This document shows positions 41,074 through 51,375 of a stretch of 64,000 bases of DNA, piece by piece (position 1 is the stretch's first letter; each line of letters starts with the position of its first letter). This stretch comes from Ignisphaera sp. GTDB lineage: Archaea; Thermoproteota; Thermoprotei_A; Sulfolobales; Ignisphaeraceae. The DNA is taken from the NCBI GenBank assembly GCA_038889075.1, contig JAWAHS010000002.1, forward strand, positions 204,930 to 268,929. The letters are read 5' to 3'. The notes below the pieces were generated by a model. That model was not told where the DNA came from. It saw only the letters and a program-made list of their open reading frames with translations, and searched no databases. The translations under genes were made by a program, and so were the position numbers.

Positions 41074-42240
41074 ATGCCTGAACTTGTGATAAATATTAGC
41101 AGCATCATATCTTCCCTCTGCCATTCTCTACTTCGTCTAGAGTCATATACGATATGTCCATACAAATGTCTATATTGCTACTCTAAATGGTATATGACTT
41201 CGCCAGCAACGATTGTTTATCCAAGAAGATTTATTCTGGATCAATTTAACACCGTAATGAGGAAGATATATAGAAGGGGGTTGAAATACATTCCATTCAG
41301 GCTTTCTACATTAGTAGATCCTTTTCCGCACCACGAGGAGCTCTACAGATTTACAGAAAAACTACTTAAAATTGCAAGTATATATGAGTACCCTTTAATT
41401 ATAAATACAAAGAGTAGTCTGATAGCTAGGAAGCCATGGATAGACCTCATTATAAAACTCGCTAAGGGAAATGCCATCCTTATTCAAATTTCTGTATCTA
41501 CTTTAAAAGATGAAATAGGTAGAAAGCTAGAACCATCAGCCCCACCACCCTCACAAAGACTTATCGTAGCCAAAAAACTTTCTGAATTAGGAATTCCAAT
41601 ATCTATACGGTTATCACCATTCATACCATTTGTATCACCAACCCTACAGGAGGAGATTAGAGAAGCTGTAGATACGTTTAAGGAATGTGGTGTTAAACAT
41701 GTAATTTTTGAAGGTCTTAGAATAGAACCTGAGAACTATAGCCAATTGGTGGAAGTAGCTTCAGGTATTGCTACAGACTTTGAAGACTATAGCATTAGAA
41801 AGGTTAAGGGCTTAAAGTCTATAGTAAGGATATCCCGAGATATTCTAGAGCCTATTTATAGAACGTATGCTAGGCTACTATCAAAGAATAGCATAGCTTT
41901 TGCTACATGTAAAGAAGGTCTTTTCAATCTACATACATCTGAAGATTGCTGTGGCTTCTATATTCTCAAGAACTGTGTTAGAAGGCCTACTCTATGGGAT
42001 GTATATAAATTTGTTTTAGAATATGGTGCTCTAGAACCTGATAGAATAATTCACAGTATTTGTAAAGAGGGTAAGCTTATATGTAGCAGTAATCTAGATG
42101 GCTATCCAAAGGAGATATCAAAGCCCCTTAAATACCATGAGAGAAGGCTACTAAAGATTCTACATAATAAAGATATTTTAGAACACCTAACACCTGTGCT
42201 AGGCATCGATGATGGGAAAGTAGTTATAAAAATGAAATAG
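41074..42240 (+). CDS. Radical SAM protein (SplB/spore-photoproduct-lyase-like)
   Basis: CPYKCLYC, STLVDPF, NTKS, LEPSAPPPSQRL, RLSPFIP. Confidence 0.8.
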   Translation: MPELVINISSIISSLCHSLLRLESYTICPYKCLYCYSKWYMTSPATIVYPRRFILDQFNTVMRKIYRRGLKYIPFRLSTLVDPFPHHEELYRFTEKLLKIASIYEYPLIINTKSSLIARKPWIDLIIKLAKGNAILIQISVSTLKDEIGRKLEPSAPPPSQRLIVAKKLSELGIPISIRLSPFIPFVSPTLQEEIREAVDTFKECGVKHVIFEGLRIEPENYSQLVEVASGIATDFEDYSIRKVKGLKSIVRISRDILEPIYRTYARLLSKNSIAFATCKEGLFNLHTSEDCCGFYILKNCVRRPTLWDVYKFVLEYGALEPDRIIHSICKEGKLICSSNLDGYPKEISKPLKYHERRLLKILHNKDILEHLTPVLGIDDGKVVIKMK

Positions 42241-42372
42241 GGTACCATGTTCATAGCTAAGAAATGTGCCATTGATTGTATACTCTGTCTCCATCTATTT
42301 TTCAATGCATTGGATATTTATCATTAGAGTTTGAAATGGTTGTAGCTGTCTATAAACACTATTTAGTATTTG

Positions 42373-43152
42373 TTAAATATGCTTCAGATCTTTAGAAACA
42401 ACTTCAGCTATCTTCTTACCCGACAATAACATTGAGCTAAAGATAGGACCCATCCTTGGAAGTCCATGGAGTGCTGCTACAGCCATCCCAGCTACATATA
42501 GCCCTGGTATAACTCTACCTGTGTATTCAACAACTGTTTTTTCTGATAATTCTGAATATGCAGATTTTTCTCCAGCTAGCAATATTTTTGCCTCAGGTAA
42601 CTTTCTAGCTATAATCTGAAGCACTTCTGCGTCATGTCCTGTAGCATCGATAACAGCTTTACTTAATATAAAGAGTGGATCTACATGTAAACCTGACATG
42701 ATTACAGAGCTCCACTGTATTACAATACCCTCTATTCTAGTAGGATTCTCTCTATATATAACATCCTCAATATGTATACCATGGATTATCTTAGCTCCTG
42801 AATCTATAGCACCTGCAGCTAGTTTAGCCATAAGCTCTGATGCATCAACAACATAAAGATCCTCTTCATCATCATAGAGGTGCTTAATCTTAAAATCCTT
42901 TAATATTGGAATCGCAGTCTCATCAACAACAATCTTATGTAGTAGCATACCACCTCCACCAATGCCACCACCAAAGCTCAATCTTCTTTCAAAAACTACA
43001 ACCTTGAAGCCTTCATCAGCTAGATACCTAGCTGCTGTCATACCAGCGGGACCAGCTCCAACGATAATAACATCTACGTTAGATATGTCTAACCAGTCTC
43101 TAGATGTCTGTCTCCAAATAGCTCTAGATATCCTCTCTTCGAGTGGTCTCAT
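42373..43152 (-). CDS. thi4: Thiamine thiazole synthase (sulfide-dependent, His-type)
   Basis: GAGPAG, GGG.GGGGM, GLHVDP, DATGHD, RMGPIF..ML.SG. Confidence 0.95.
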   Translation of the reverse strand: MRPLEERISRAIWRQTSRDWLDISNVDVIIVGAGPAGMTAARYLADEGFKVVVFERRLSFGGGIGGGGMLLHKIVVDETAIPILKDFKIKHLYDDEEDLYVVDASELMAKLAAGAIDSGAKIIHGIHIEDVIYRENPTRIEGIVIQWSSVIMSGLHVDPLFILSKAVIDATGHDAEVLQIIARKLPEAKILLAGEKSAYSELSEKTVVEYTGRVIPGLYVAGMAVAALHGLPRMGPIFSSMLLSGKKIAEVVSKDLKHI

Positions 43153-43206
43153 GGCTACTCGTAGAGACTGTAGATAGCATCCAGTATATAAGCTATTAGA
43201 GCTTGA

Positions 43207-44298
43207 CTATTGCAATGCTTCTAGCCAGGCTACAGGCTTAATATAGTCCTTACCTCTCGCTTCAAAGGTGCCTATAGCTACCTGTAGATATTCCTCTGAT
43301 TGTCTAACATCCTCAACCATCTCTAGCTTACCATATGCGATAATTTCATCACCATCTCTGGCGAGATCCATATACAACCCTTCATAGCTGATAACATATC
43401 TTATAGGCTTTGGTGGAACAACTCCTTCAATAACCTTTGCATTCTCTATACTGTATATAGCTGGCATAAAGATGGAGTTCCGAGAATCTGCAATCCTAGC
43501 TCTAATCTTTACCAGCCCCAGAGGTTTTACAATCTTATCCTCCCATTTTTCGCTTACTTCATCTTCTGTTTTGACTGGATGTATAGAGAACTGTCTTCCT
43601 TTATAAAAAGCTCTATTCCATTTATATTTACTGTACAGTAGCCTAGCCTCTTCAATTGATAGTGGATGTATCTTTACAATATCTCTAGCCCACTCTTCAA
43701 GAGCTTCTCCCACAGGTCTATAGAAGCCGCTATTGGGAGTATTGAGAAGATTTTTAATAGTTTCTCTAACTCTGTAGCTATTCTCAATACCATATACAAT
43801 CAAATCTATATCCGAATATGTTAGATTGTGAATTTTCAGTAGGATAGAACCTGTTATGCCAAAGTTATTCAAGGAAACACCGCTCTCCTCAGATATCCTG
43901 GTTACCAATTCGACTACCTGTTCTTCCAGTAGGTCTCTAGATCCACTTAGTAGCTCGCGCAGTCTCTCCTCCGGTCTATAGTGTCTATTGATATGGCTCC
44001 TCGGAACCTCTATAAGCTCTATCGATCTGTACTTGTCAAAAACTATATAATGGGGATAGTTTCTTCTAAGAAAATCCATTGTTTGGGCAACACCTATAGC
44101 GCTATAGTATGGTAGTATTCTTCCAAATTGTACGCCATTTCTACTCCATTTAACCCTTATATTCGATTGGTATCCAGGTATGTATTTAAGATAGGCAATG
44201 ATTCTATCGACTGGATGAGTATTTCCGATAACTGCAAATAGCAGTCCTTCCCTAGACTCTATGAAATCTCTATCCCTAAATCCTCTCAATCTAATCAC
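43207..44298 (-). CDS. Archaeal nucleotidyltransferase-domain protein (COG1665-like)
   Basis: GNTHP..R..AYLKY N-terminus; GITGSILL......SDIDL pol-beta NTase motif; C-terminal OB-like region. Confidence 0.8.
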   Translation of the reverse strand: MIRLRGFRDRDFIESREGLLFAVIGNTHPVDRIIAYLKYIPGYQSNIRVKWSRNGVQFGRILPYYSAIGVAQTMDFLRRNYPHYIVFDKYRSIELIEVPRSHINRHYRPEERLRELLSGSRDLLEEQVVELVTRISEESGVSLNNFGITGSILLKIHNLTYSDIDLIVYGIENSYRVRETIKNLLNTPNSGFYRPVGEALEEWARDIVKIHPLSIEEARLLYSKYKWNRAFYKGRQFSIHPVKTEDEVSEKWEDKIVKPLGLVKIRARIADSRNSIFMPAIYSIENAKVIEGVVPPKPIRYVISYEGLYMDLARDGDEIIAYGKLEMVEDVRQSEEYLQVAIGTFEARGKDYIKPVAWLEALQ

Positions 44299-44330
44299 CT
44301 TAGGTTGCCGGGTATAGGTTTCTAAGTATT

Positions 44331-45305
44331 TTAAACTCTAATAATTTTTCTACCTCTAGATAGTGCATATAGTGATATTGCTGAGGCAACTATATCAGCA
44401 GTAGAACCAGGGTTTATATTTTCTCTATGAAGTTCATCATCGAAACTTTTTAGACTATCTATACAGAGATTCCAATCCTCTTTGCAGAGTTTATACAAAT
44501 CCTTTGCACTACTCATTACGTATTTAGCAATTTCAACACCGTTTTTTCTAACAATGAGTGTATCCATCTCTTTGGAGAGAAGGTATAGGTATGTTTCGAC
44601 GATTGCTCTATTCCAATCACCGTGGACAGCAATTCTATCACTTATGTGTTTCATCAATTCTAAAGCTCTCGAATACCCCTCTACAATTTCTCTAGCAACC
44701 ATATCGTATCGAGAGCTATATGCTAGTATATCCCAGAGTCTATAGTTTCCCTCAATAATCTCCCTTCTATATGAAGGACTCCATACATCCGGGTAGATAG
44801 TATCGGTAGGTTTATGCCTTTTAATATAGCTTGGCGAGGCACATCTAACGGCTCTATACATCATTATAGAATCGTATACCGTACTATAACTTTCAATAAG
44901 ATCTTTAGCTACTTCCGCTACCAGCTTAGCATCCAGCTCTATAGCTCTATAACGCTCTTTTAAAAACCCTACTGATAGTGAAAGAGGAGATATCAGAAGT
45001 GCTGTACCTAAAGAGGTATTTCCACCACCACTAAGATACATAGAGTTTTTCACAATACCATAGATAACATCACCAACGGTATTCTTCAGTAAGGAACCTT
45101 TTGAAAGTCTAAGCCCCCTACGGATACCTCTATATAGATGATGGACTGCAAAAACCCCTGCTATAAGAAAGTCTTCAAATCTCGTATCGCTAAAATCCCT
45201 AAGTCTGTGAATATTCCCAGGTTTAGGATAGGCAGAGACTTCGAGTACAAACCCCAAGCTAAGTAGGACAGCATAGCGAATTAAGGTAGTCATTGTTATC
45301 TTCAC
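44331..45305 (-). CDS. citG: CitG-family triphosphoribosyl-dephospho-CoA synthase-like protein
   Basis: LEVSAYPKPGNIHR, NTSLG, DTLIVRK.G, NPGSTAD. Confidence 0.88.
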   Translation of the reverse strand: MKITMTTLIRYAVLLSLGFVLEVSAYPKPGNIHRLRDFSDTRFEDFLIAGVFAVHHLYRGIRRGLRLSKGSLLKNTVGDVIYGIVKNSMYLSGGGNTSLGTALLISPLSLSVGFLKERYRAIELDAKLVAEVAKDLIESYSTVYDSIMMYRAVRCASPSYIKRHKPTDTIYPDVWSPSYRREIIEGNYRLWDILAYSSRYDMVAREIVEGYSRALELMKHISDRIAVHGDWNRAIVETYLYLLSKEMDTLIVRKNGVEIAKYVMSSAKDLYKLCKEDWNLCIDSLKSFDDELHRENINPGSTADIVASAISLYALSRGRKIIRV

Positions 45306-45396
45306 TGAGCCGCAATTTTAGGAGAACTGAAGGTAAAAAGATTTAAGGTAATAAAAATAAATATCTTTTGCTACTAATTTTACTGAAATTGCTTGA

Positions 45397-45903
45397 TCAA
45401 CTCTTTTCTATGACTTTGTACTGAAGTATTTTAAGAACCCTACCCTCTTCAATATTGACTAACACCACTGTTATTCCCTCACCCTTTTTGCAAAGGGTTA
45501 CAGATGCTTGGACTGCTTTCAATACTACGCTACCATCTCCCTGAACATACATCTTGATCAATGGCTTTACTACAGTTATATTGTATCCATTTTCAAGCAG
45601 CTTCTTTACATCTGGATCTGTTTTAAGTATCTCTATAATCTTTGCTTTATACTCATCACTTACTATAACATGGTGCTGCAGTTTTGCTGTATTGGAAAAC
45701 CATCCAAATCTCCAGAGATGTCTATATTGCTGTACCACTGTATTCTTTGTTACATTGTTTAAAGTACAGCTCCACTGTCTTCTAAGAGGCTCTGCGACAC
45801 TTCCAAGACCTTGTTGGGCATATACTATTGTAGCTACCATAGCTACTATAATCATCGTTGTAGCTACTCCAACCGCTAACGTACCTCTTGTTATTTTTAT
45901 CAT
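45397..45903 (-). CDS. Secreted hypothetical protein
   Basis: Signal peptide-like N-terminus ending VYA; 168 aa. Confidence 0.65.
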   Translation of the reverse strand: MIKITRGTLAVGVATTMIIVAMVATIVYAQQGLGSVAEPLRRQWSCTLNNVTKNTVVQQYRHLWRFGWFSNTAKLQHHVIVSDEYKAKIIEILKTDPDVKKLLENGYNITVVKPLIKMYVQGDGSVVLKAVQASVTLCKKGEGITVVLVNIEEGRVLKILQYKVIEKS

Positions 45904-46437
45904 ATTTTACACCTGGAGACTAAGGAGGCACATCTACATTTTTTAGGTTACCTCACGAACTGTGTGTTTCTATAGATAGAATTGATAATGAAACACATCT
46001 CTGACCGGTTCAACAACACATTGCACTACTAATACCATACACTATCCATACATTACTGTAACATCATTCACACAGCATACTTCCACTCTAGGTTGTTTGA
46101 TCAGCCTAGACGGTTCCTTATGGTTTTCCTAAGTCCCTTTCCATGATTTCCGCAGGTCTTCAGAAATCCAGACCGCTGATAGAATTATAGGAAATTGTAT
46201 GCATGGTAATGCATCCTATCTAGTTACAATAAGAGTACTAGAAACACGTAGAGATTTGGATCACCAAACTCTATAGCGAATTTTCATAAGTAGTGAGTAA
46301 GAATCTGGATTTATGCTAAGAGCTGTGTAAAGATATGAGGATGTGCTCAGAAATATATTCTTTAATGAGGGTATCATAGGTATGGTTAGCTAGATTAGAA
46401 AAGTATATCAACCAGTAGCTATAGTATTTTTGAGTAG

Positions 46438-47121
46438 TTGTTGGAGGTAGTACTCCTTATGCCTAGGCTTATATACTGTCCCTTTACTGGCTGCTGTCCT
46501 CTTAGGATTGTTGCGTATACCAATACCGTAGCGAGTAGGCTTATTAATATATACATTATACCTTTTGTACGGGAGGTATTCTCCATTAACATCGATTATG
46601 CTGGACTTGTAGGAGAATTATTTCAGATTATCAATGAATATTGTGAGAGGGAGTTGGAAAATATTAAGAGGATTTTTAATCGTATGGATATCGTGGTTGT
46701 GAAAGCATGCGACGCTCTACCAAGGATTAGTGAATCAGTAAATGTTGATAAATACCGTGATACTATCTTCGTATCACTTAAAAAAATACCGATTATGTGT
46801 TCAGATGAACTTCCAAATAGCTATGTGAAGTATAGAATAAACTATAGATTTAGCGAAGCTGCGGCAAGAACACTACTAATATATAGTGCTATTTACATTA
46901 TTTATAGAATTAAAGGAGTAGAACCTGTAATAAATGGAGAACATATAGTTGATATATTTTCAAAACAGCTTAGTAATACATGGAGAAGTAAAATGAAGCT
47001 AATACCTATTGTTATCAATGATGTGGAACTCTATCTTGATTGGAATAAAAAAGATTTTATAGCACAGCTGAAGAAACTATTAATTAACATAGCTAAACAG
47101 AAAGCTGTGTCACAGCGATAG
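46438..47121 (+). CDS. Hypothetical protein (Cys-rich N-terminus CPFTGCCP)
   Basis: 227-aa ORF; GGAGG RBS before the internal ATG of MPRL, the likely real start. Confidence 0.55.
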   Translation: MLEVVLLMPRLIYCPFTGCCPLRIVAYTNTVASRLINIYIIPFVREVFSINIDYAGLVGELFQIINEYCERELENIKRIFNRMDIVVVKACDALPRISESVNVDKYRDTIFVSLKKIPIMCSDELPNSYVKYRINYRFSEAAARTLLIYSAIYIIYRIKGVEPVINGEHIVDIFSKQLSNTWRSKMKLIPIVINDVELYLDWNKKDFIAQLKKLLINIAKQKAVSQR

Positions 47122-47175
47122 ATAATTTGAATGAAAATGCCTAGGATGTAGTGTTTAGACTATAGATCGAATGCA

Positions 47176-47198
47176 GTTTCTCAGCAAATGGTAGTTTA
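47176..47198. repeat. Degenerate copy of the GTTTCTCAGTAGATGGCGGTTCA repeat
   Basis: GTTTCTCAGCAAATGGTAGTTTA matches the 55112 copy at 18 of 23 positions; all five differences are transitions. Confidence 0.5.
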
Positions 47199-47792
47199 TG
47201 GTTTTTGTATTCTATTGATATACAGAACTTTCTTCGGGTAAGGGCTTCGGAAGCTCCATAGCTACCATTCCACATCTAAGAAGTGTCGAAGCTAGCAATA
47301 ATAAAAATAGAAAATAGCCTCTAAGCTATGCGTTCTACTGATGGAGTTAATAATACCATGTTGAGATCGGTTTACTAATCGAATCTTCAAGTTAACTACA
47401 GTTATCATCGAGTAGCATTGGTAGGAAATGTTTGAATCCAAATCTATTTCTTTAAGGTCACATCCCAGCCGACTCTAAAACTCTAAGATTTATTACAAAT
47501 AGTTATCCCTCTAAAATACAGATAGATGAACTATAATGTGTAGAAATGCTGTCTTTATTCTTTACATAGCTTGGTCTAAAAACTGGTTCACTAGAAACTC
47601 AAAAATAAACAGTGTCTCTCACAATTTATTGAAACTGGATATGTACCCTTTAATTCCTGTCCTAGAGGCTATGCTTTTGGATATCATTCTAGGTATCTAT
47701 TGGTATTCTACTCTGTTGCTACAAAGTTAAACTATATATTTTTCTTTTTATAAGGCTAGACTAGAGATACAGTACTCCCTGGGTCGTAGGTT

Positions 47793-49154
47793 ATGGATTG
47801 GTATGAACTGCAAGCTGAGAATATGATATCCAAATACCTTAAAATATATGATGATTTTGCTAGTAAGAATAGGGAGGTTTTTGAAAGAGCTAGCAAGGTC
47901 TTACCCGGTGGTGCAGTGTATCACATCAGGTTTTTCCATCCCTATCCCACATATATAGTTAGAGCTAAGGATACCTATGTATGGGATGTTAGTGGAAATA
48001 GATACGATGATTATTGGATGGGTCACGGAACCCATATTCTTGGTCACGCACCTGATTTCATTATTGATAGGGTTTACGAAGTTTCTCGGTATGGTACGCA
48101 TTTCGGTTTTGAAAATATCTATGCAATTGAATATGCAGAGCTATTAACGAGGATTGTGCCAAACTGTGATATGATTAAGTTTACTAACAGCGGTACCGAA
48201 GCCAATATGTATGCAATAAGGCTTGCAAGAGCATATACAAAGAAGAGATTCATTATTAAAATTAGAGGAGGTTGGCATGGAGGCTTGGATCAGATTCACA
48301 CAGGTGTCTCACCGCCATTTTCAGGACCTGAGTCAGCTGGTCTACCAGAGGATCTAATTAAATACACCTTGCTAGTTTCATATAATGATCTGAATGAAAT
48401 GGAAAAAGCACTGAAGATGTACGATGTGGCAGCTGTTATTATAGAACCCGTTCCTGGAGCGGGTGGGTGTATAGAACCTATGGATGGTTATCTAAAGGGT
48501 GTTAGAGAACTTACGGATAGATACGGATCGCTACTGATATTCGATGAAGTGATTACAGGTTTTAGGCTAGCCTTGGGCGGAGCCCAGGAATACTTTAATG
48601 TGAAGGCAGATATCATTACCATGGGCAAGATAGTTGGTGGAGGGATGCCAGGTGCAGGTGCTTTTGGTGGAAGAAGAGATATAATGGAACTGCTCAATCA
48701 TGTAAAGTATCCAGAGCCTAGGGCTAGGAGTTTCCATGGTGGAACATTTGCTGGAAATCCGGTAACCATCGTAGCGGGTCTTACAATGATTAACTACCTT
48801 AGTAGAAATAGGGAAAGGTATGGTAGTTTTAATGAAATGTGGAGTAGTGTTGCTAGGAAACTGGATAGACTATGTGAAGAATACGATAGAGTTTGCTGGA
48901 TTACAAATGTTGGTAGCATTATCGGTGTACACTTCACAAAATCAAAGCCTAGAAATATAGAGGACGCTTATTATCTAAGATATGGTAGCAAAATCTATGA
49001 GGCACTTCATCTATTTATGAGAGTTAATAGAATACTTTACCTTTCTGAAAAGATGCCCCACTTCATGCCATCGATGATACACACAAGAGAACAGTCAGAA
49101 AAACTTGTTGAAACATTTGCAAAATTCTTGGATGAATTAAAATTACAGAGGTAG
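47793..49154 (+). CDS. hemL: Class III PLP aminotransferase, glutamate-1-semialdehyde aminomutase-like
   Basis: NSGTEA, GGWHG, FDEVITGFR, MGKIVGGGMP, HGGTFAGNP. The HemL function itself is not certain. Confidence 0.75.
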   Translation: MDWYELQAENMISKYLKIYDDFASKNREVFERASKVLPGGAVYHIRFFHPYPTYIVRAKDTYVWDVSGNRYDDYWMGHGTHILGHAPDFIIDRVYEVSRYGTHFGFENIYAIEYAELLTRIVPNCDMIKFTNSGTEANMYAIRLARAYTKKRFIIKIRGGWHGGLDQIHTGVSPPFSGPESAGLPEDLIKYTLLVSYNDLNEMEKALKMYDVAAVIIEPVPGAGGCIEPMDGYLKGVRELTDRYGSLLIFDEVITGFRLALGGAQEYFNVKADIITMGKIVGGGMPGAGAFGGRRDIMELLNHVKYPEPRARSFHGGTFAGNPVTIVAGLTMINYLSRNRERYGSFNEMWSSVARKLDRLCEEYDRVCWITNVGSIIGVHFTKSKPRNIEDAYYLRYGSKIYEALHLFMRVNRILYLSEKMPHFMPSMIHTREQSEKLVETFAKFLDELKLQR

Positions 49155-49284
49155 TCCACTACCTTCAATACACAGAGAGCTATGGTAAAAGCGCCATCAA
49201 CATTTTCTACACTACGATACTACAATAAAGTACTCAACAAAATTTATAATCTTTGGTAGGAAGAGTAGTAGGTGGTGTAACCCT

Positions 49285-49569
49285 ATGGTGAGGGTAGATA
49301 AGGTAGTGGCAGTTAAGGATGAGACGGCCTTTCTAGCAAAAGGTATAAAGGCACTGAGATATTCATCGTGTGCAAAACTTCTCAGAGTATTTAAGAGTCC
49401 ACAGCTAGGAACAGAGCTTGCGGAATGCATGGACAAAGGCCCTGCATATATAATTAAATTCAAGAACTATACGGTGGTACTGCTACCCGATCATACACAT
49501 GTTGTAGAGGCTAAGAGTAAGGAAGAGGCAGAAGGTGTGGTAACAGATCTAGCAAAAGCCATAGCATAG
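49285..49569 (+). CDS. Small hypothetical protein
   Basis: 94 aa; GGTGGTG RBS-like sequence upstream of the ATG. Confidence 0.55.
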   Translation: MVRVDKVVAVKDETAFLAKGIKALRYSSCAKLLRVFKSPQLGTELAECMDKGPAYIIKFKNYTVVLLPDHTHVVEAKSKEEAEGVVTDLAKAIA

Positions 49570-49635
49570 AGGGGTATATCTTCACACTACATCTATCTAT
49601 ACTAGGTCAAATCATTTTTCACAATATAGTTGTCA

Positions 49636-50817
49636 TCAAATTCTCTTTAACAGAACTAGTGATGCAAATCCGACCATAGATAGCATGAATACAAGCTCAG
49701 GAACACTAAGCATATCGGCTAATACACCACCTAGGTTTATAGCTAAGGCTGGTACTAGATTCTGAATGGTAAAGACTCTAGCTATGTAGCTAATTCTACG
49801 GCCAGCATCAACATCTTTCACAAGATAGTTGAATAGCGTTACCCATATTCCGATACCAGCTACACCAGCTAGGAATCCTCTTATGATCTGCAGATGAAGC
49901 GTTGACATATATGGAAATAGCACATTTACAATTATGGCTAGAGCTACAGCAATTTTAGTTGCATTAAGAGAGCCCATGGACTCTACAACCATACTCCACA
50001 TCATTGGAGCCAACAGACTAGCCATCAAATTAGCACCGTTGATCAGAGTTATCCAGATTTCATCGCCTCCAAATCTATGGATTATATAAGGTGGCATTAT
50101 GGACGTTGGGAGATTTATTGAGAGATACACTATGATTATTGCAATATAGAAATGTTTAGCAGATTTCCCAGAATAGCTCTGTTGTACATTTGCATATTCT
50201 GTAAGGGTATTTGTGAACTCCTTTACAAATACTGTAAGGAATGGTATATTTGTTAGAAGTATTGCTGAAACTACCATGAAGAGTTTGCCGTAGCTTAAAA
50301 TACTATGGGTCTCGTATAGAATTACACCAGCAATAGATGTACCAATTAAAGCGCCTACCGTACCGAGGATGCTATCTAGAGCGATATACCTAGATTTAAA
50401 GTTTGGGGGTATGTTATCAGCTATATAGTCAGCCCAGGCTATTCCAGCTAGAGATGAAATTGAATTTGCAATTGTGAAACCTACTGTAGCTATATAGAGG
50501 AGCTTTAAACCATCGAATAAATTGGAGAGAATGGTGTAGGATGTCAATAGATATACTGCTCTTGAAATCACTATGGCTATTTTGAACAATACAACCCTAG
50601 ATCTTCGTATAAAATCTTCATAAAAACTAGATATAATATATATAATTGAAGCGGCAGCTAGTGGCATGGCTGTAGAGACAGCGATATGGGTATAGCTATC
50701 CGTTAATCTTGCAGCAAATACTGAACGGTATGACCACATTCCACCAAACCATATTCCCCACATGATGGAATCTGTAAGTAGTATAATTACTGTGTTCTTT
50801 AGAGATGTATTCATCAC
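49636..50817 (-). CDS. MFS transporter
   Basis: About 12 TM segments in two halves; GG.LAD motif near the C-terminus. Confidence 0.8.
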   Translation of the reverse strand: MMNTSLKNTVIILLTDSIMWGIWFGGMWSYRSVFAARLTDSYTHIAVSTAMPLAAASIIYIISSFYEDFIRRSRVVLFKIAIVISRAVYLLTSYTILSNLFDGLKLLYIATVGFTIANSISSLAGIAWADYIADNIPPNFKSRYIALDSILGTVGALIGTSIAGVILYETHSILSYGKLFMVVSAILLTNIPFLTVFVKEFTNTLTEYANVQQSYSGKSAKHFYIAIIIVYLSINLPTSIMPPYIIHRFGGDEIWITLINGANLMASLLAPMMWSMVVESMGSLNATKIAVALAIIVNVLFPYMSTLHLQIIRGFLAGVAGIGIWVTLFNYLVKDVDAGRRISYIARVFTIQNLVPALAINLGGVLADMLSVPELVFMLSMVGFASLVLLKRI

Positions 50818-50920
50818 AGGATGGACACCATAGGTAGTGATGGAGATGCTGTGTAGCTACACCATAAACCTTTTAATTTCCAATAATCTAGCTACTAGAG
50901 ATCTAATAGTGTGATAGTAT

Positions 50921-51370
50921 ATGTGTGAGGAGATGTTTAAAAGCATTATCCAGATTGCTATAGTTGTAAAGGATTTAGATAAGGCCATCGACGCATGGTC
51001 TAGTGTATTGGGGGTGAGGCCATCAAGGGTGACTGAAACTGGTGAATTGGAAGAGACAAGGATGAGGTTTATGGGATCTCCCTCTAGGGGGAGAGCAAAA
51101 CTTGCATTCTTTAACTTAAACAATATTGTATTAGAGCTTATAGAGCCTATAGATGGCCCCAGTACATGGAGTGAATTTCTTGGGAAGTATGGACAGGGAT
51201 TGCACCATATAGCCTTTGATATCAGTGATAAGCCTGAGTGTATAGATAGGATTATAGAGGGTGGAGGTAGTATTCAACAAGAAGGGATATTCAAAGGAGG
51301 GAGATATATCTACATCGATGCAAGAGAATCTCTTGGTGCTATTATTGAGCTTCTCGAGCACTATAAATAG
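50921..51370 (+). CDS. VOC/glyoxalase-family protein (methylmalonyl-CoA epimerase-like)
   Basis: QIAIVVKDL, LELIEP, GLHHIAF, IELLE metal ligands. Confidence 0.85.
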   Translation: MCEEMFKSIIQIAIVVKDLDKAIDAWSSVLGVRPSRVTETGELEETRMRFMGSPSRGRAKLAFFNLNNIVLELIEPIDGPSTWSEFLGKYGQGLHHIAFDISDKPECIDRIIEGGGSIQQEGIFKGGRYIYIDARESLGAIIELLEHYK

Positions 51371-51375
51371 AGTAG

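Noticed and set aside
42373-43152. Thi4 lacking the suicide Cys (HVDP)
   Set aside because: Already established for sulfide-using archaeal Thi4; not novel.
47536-47730. 64-aa ORF upstream of the aminotransferase
   Set aside because: No motif or RBS; likely non-coding or decayed DNA.
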